Of a DNA stretch of 8,946 nucleotides, positions 6,699-8,946 are shown one piece after another. The DNA comes from a virus (Duplodnaviria; Heunggongvirae; Uroviricota; Caudoviricetes), in the IMG/VR virus record IMGVR_UViG_2681813154_000005; one strand, 5' to 3'. Numbering within the stretch: position 1 is the stretch's first letter; every line of letters starts with the position of its first letter. The position numbers and the translations under genes are program-made. The notes beneath the pieces are model-generated. The model searched no databases and was not told the DNA's origin. It worked only from the letters and a program-made list of their open reading frames with translations.

Positions 6699-8609
6699 TC
6701 ACTCCTCCGGACAGCTTCGCTGCCAGTTCTTCAAGGGTCGGTTGTGCAGTTGCATCCTTGCGGGATGCAACTGCACAGCCAGATCAAGTTGCCAGCGTTG
6801 CACGGACACACGTAATGCCGCATAGGCATACACCAGGCAGTCCAGCGCTTCGTTACGCCGCTTTTTGTTATCCCACAACAGACGCATCTTTCCTTTTTCC
6901 CACTTTTCCACCAGTTCCTCCGCCACCAGTTGTTGTGCCTCTGTCTGCGAAAAAATCTCCGGATTATCAGGAAAGCGGATGGCATACGATGTGGCCTCAT
7001 TCACAGGGGTGGGATCGGCCTTCATTCGGGCATAGAGAATTTCTTTTGCGGTATCCGTCCCCACCTCACACAGATACACACCCCGCTGATTGCGGGTTTT
7101 CGGCATGGTGATCACCGGCTTGCCATAGACAGAGGCACCTTTTACCGGCAGTACCCGGAAAATACCGTGTTTTTTTGACCTCTGATACACGATTTCGCCA
7201 TCGATCCCCCCGATATCCCAGCAGACACGGGAAATGGTCATTTCGGTACCGTCTGCATGGCGGTATTTTTTATTGATCGCCGCATCCACACGTAACAGCG
7301 TCTCTTCCTCATCAGGACGTCCCATGATGATGATTTTATCCACCAGAAAGGCTTCCTCTCCCGGAGCCCACCCCCAGACATACATCTCAAAACGGTTTCG
7401 CTGCGAGTCAATGCCCGCCGTCAGATAAACCACCCGGACAGGCACCGTTGCCGTGTAAGGCACAACCTTATCCATCAGTACCTGGTGATCGAGTTTTTCG
7501 CCCACGGCCTCTTCCCAGGTCTCGCCCAGCGTGGTGTTCACAAAAGTTTTCACGCCGTTGGGATCTTTCAGTGCATCCAGCCAGTCACAGACTATCTGTA
7601 CCCTGGTGGTGAACGGACTGTACGCCGTCCATATATGGAAAGTGATGGAGCGCGGCGGCGGAATTTCATTACCCGAAGCACTGAAAAACGTCAGACCGTC
7701 ACACGTCCACATCCCGGTATTGTCACAAATCCAGCGCCCCCCGGTCTGATCAAGTTCAGACTGACGGATCACGCAGCCATTATGTTCACACAGGTAATAC
7801 ACCGTTTCCGGTTTACCCTTCTCCCATTTCAGGCCAAACGACGTCGCATCATCGCCAAACTTCAGATACTGCTCCTCCCCGCAATGAGGGCAAGGGACAT
7901 AAAACCGCATGAAATGCGCAGATTCATTCGCAGCTTTTTCAATCTGACAGGAGCCTTTAATTTTTGGCGTTGAACCGCGTATGGATTTTGGCCATACCGA
8001 ACCTTCAATACGTTTATCGCCAAGCAGTGTTGGCGAACCTTCTTTTTCCACATCCGGTTCAAACGAGGAGAGTTCGTCATAGCAGACCACATCGACAGAT
8101 TTTTCACGGTAGTTTTTGGCAGCAGCACCACCCAAACACCAGAACCCCACACCAGAGGAAAAACGCTTCAGTGTGAGCGTATTATCCCGGTGTTTCCGGC
8201 CCAGCCAGGGAGAAAGTTTTTTCAGGCAAGGAACATCACGAATTGTTGCTTCCACGTGAGACTTCATAAAATCTTCAGCAGCTGAGTCCGTCGGCTGAAA
8301 AAGAAGAGTGTTGCGGGATTTGTGCTCAATAAAATACCCGATCACACCAAGCACCATTTTTGTATAACCAACACGGGCAGATTTAATCAGGTTAACTGTA
8401 CGAATCTCGTCATTGCCCATGCAGTTCATGATGGCGACCTGAAACTGCAGCGTTTTCCATTCCCCCTCACCGTATGACGATTCTTTAGGCAGGTAATAAT
8501 TTTGATCGGCCCATTCTACAGCCGTCACCGGCAATACCCTGACCAGTGGCTGCAGTGCGATAGTGACTGCCACCATCATATTACTCAGTTGTTGTTCTGA
8601 TATATTCAT
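6699..8609 (-). CDS. A: terminase large subunit (lambda gpA-like)
   Basis: From ATG 8609 the product (MNISEQQL...TAVEWAD.NYYLPKES, 636 aa) is collinear with recalled lambda gpA (641 aa, MNISNSQV...) along its whole length: KSARVGY.KM.LGV, DNTLT.KRF, GFWCLGG.AAKNYREKSVDV, GSPT.LGDKRIEGSVWPKSIRGSTPK, CPHCGEEQYLKFGD, FHIWTAYSPFTT, TFVNTTLGETWE, YLTAGIDSQ, SKKHG.FRV.P.KGASVYGKP, WD.KKRRNEALDC. The track's 8666 start is a 19-codon extension inside the Nu1 overlap. Confidence 0.95.
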   Translation of the reverse strand: MNISEQQLSNMMVAVTIALQPLVRVLPVTAVEWADQNYYLPKESSYGEGEWKTLQFQVAIMNCMGNDEIRTVNLIKSARVGYTKMVLGVIGYFIEHKSRNTLLFQPTDSAAEDFMKSHVEATIRDVPCLKKLSPWLGRKHRDNTLTLKRFSSGVGFWCLGGAAAKNYREKSVDVVCYDELSSFEPDVEKEGSPTLLGDKRIEGSVWPKSIRGSTPKIKGSCQIEKAANESAHFMRFYVPCPHCGEEQYLKFGDDATSFGLKWEKGKPETVYYLCEHNGCVIRQSELDQTGGRWICDNTGMWTCDGLTFFSASGNEIPPPRSITFHIWTAYSPFTTRVQIVCDWLDALKDPNGVKTFVNTTLGETWEEAVGEKLDHQVLMDKVVPYTATVPVRVVYLTAGIDSQRNRFEMYVWGWAPGEEAFLVDKIIIMGRPDEEETLLRVDAAINKKYRHADGTEMTISRVCWDIGGIDGEIVYQRSKKHGIFRVLPVKGASVYGKPVITMPKTRNQRGVYLCEVGTDTAKEILYARMKADPTPVNEATSYAIRFPDNPEIFSQTEAQQLVAEELVEKWEKGKMRLLWDNKKRRNEALDCLVYAYAALRVSVQRWQLDLAVQLHPARMQLHNRPLKNWQRSCPEE

Positions 8610-8904
8610 CGAGTAAATCCGGTAATTTATCCCCCGCACGCGCGCACTGATTCGCTCCCTTAGCAATAAGGATTTTCAGATGATCAATATGACGCGGCGT
8701 TAAATCCGGGAACTGTCGTTGCATGGACAAAGGAATGGAGTCAAGCGTACTGGATAAAGCCATCGCCAGCTTACTAAGGGCAAAAATACAAAATCCGGTA
8801 TCGATAAGATTTCCTTTTGACACCTGATTTTTTAACTGCTGTGCGACAGCCTGTTCTGCGGTCAGTTCCCATCTGGCAATGAGTAGTTTGAGGTGTACTG
8901 GCAA
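8581..8904 (-). pseudogene. Nu1: terminase small subunit (lambda Nu1-like), C-terminal fragment lacking the N-terminal DNA-binding domain
   Basis: The ORF matches only roughly the C-terminal 100 aa of recalled lambda Nu1 (181 aa): ELTAEQAVAQQLKN...FCIFALSKLA...LDSIPLSMQRQFPDL..RHIDHLK...LLDEYI versus RLTRAQADAQELKN...FCTFVLSRIA...LDGLPLSVQRRFPEL.NRHVDFLK...LLSEYI. An in-frame TAG at 8916-8914 lies just upstream; there is no ATG, and the frame opens with TTG. Its 3' end overlaps the A start, as in lambda. Confidence 0.7.
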
Positions 8905-8946
8905 TAGCGGACACTACCATTTGTTCTTTTTTTAAGCAGCCATCTG
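8889..8946 (+). mobile_element. candidate left terminal inverted repeat of an IS3-family insertion sequence (element body lies beyond the window)
   Basis: Plus strand 8889 onward reads TGAGGTGTACTGGCAATAGCGGACACTACC.... This resembles, from memory, IS3-group ends that begin 5'-TGA and contain GCAATAGTGGACAC (IS3) or TGAGGT...GGACAC (IS600). Nu1 homology stops at about this point. Recollection only; not verified. Confidence 0.3.

Noticed and set aside
8610-8666. Upstream start (8666) for the terminase large subunit, giving a 655-aa product
   Set aside because: The extra 19 codons (MLRERISARVRGINYRIYS) are the Nu1 3' coding region read in another frame. The ATG at 8609 yields MNIS..., aligning with the lambda gpA N terminus.
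1-8946. Search for CRISPR arrays, tRNA/rRNA genes, att sites, cos site, defence or toxin-antitoxin modules
   Set aside because: There are no regularly spaced short direct repeats, no tRNA-like cloverleaf candidates, and the coding density of the phage structural genes leaves no unassigned space. The cos site and Nu1 5' region expected upstream of Nu1 are absent from the window.

Overview
The window is one co-directional (minus-strand) lambda-type phage head-assembly and DNA-packaging module in canonical lambda order, read from the right edge to the left: Nu1 remnant, A (terminase large subunit), W, B (portal), C with nested Nu3, D, E (major capsid), FI, FII, Z, U, with the ribosome-binding site of the next gene (gpV-like) at the left edge. 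Identifications rest on manual comparison of the supplied ORF translations with lambda protein sequences recalled from memory; no database search was run. Plus-strand ORFs are antisense shadows. I see no cargo, moron, defence or toxin-antitoxin genes, so I do not claim a novel system. The notable points are signs of a defective or poorly assembled prophage: (1) Nu1 lacks its N-terminal domain and abuts sequence resembling an IS3-family terminal inverted repeat at the right edge; (2) the portal gene is split by a one-base frameshift in a homopolymer; (3) a ~150-bp in-frame tandem repeat expands the Nu3/C scaffold motif and runs into a 199-nt N-run; (4) the two N-runs do not appear to represent true sequence length; (5) a terminator-like hairpin sits between E and FI.
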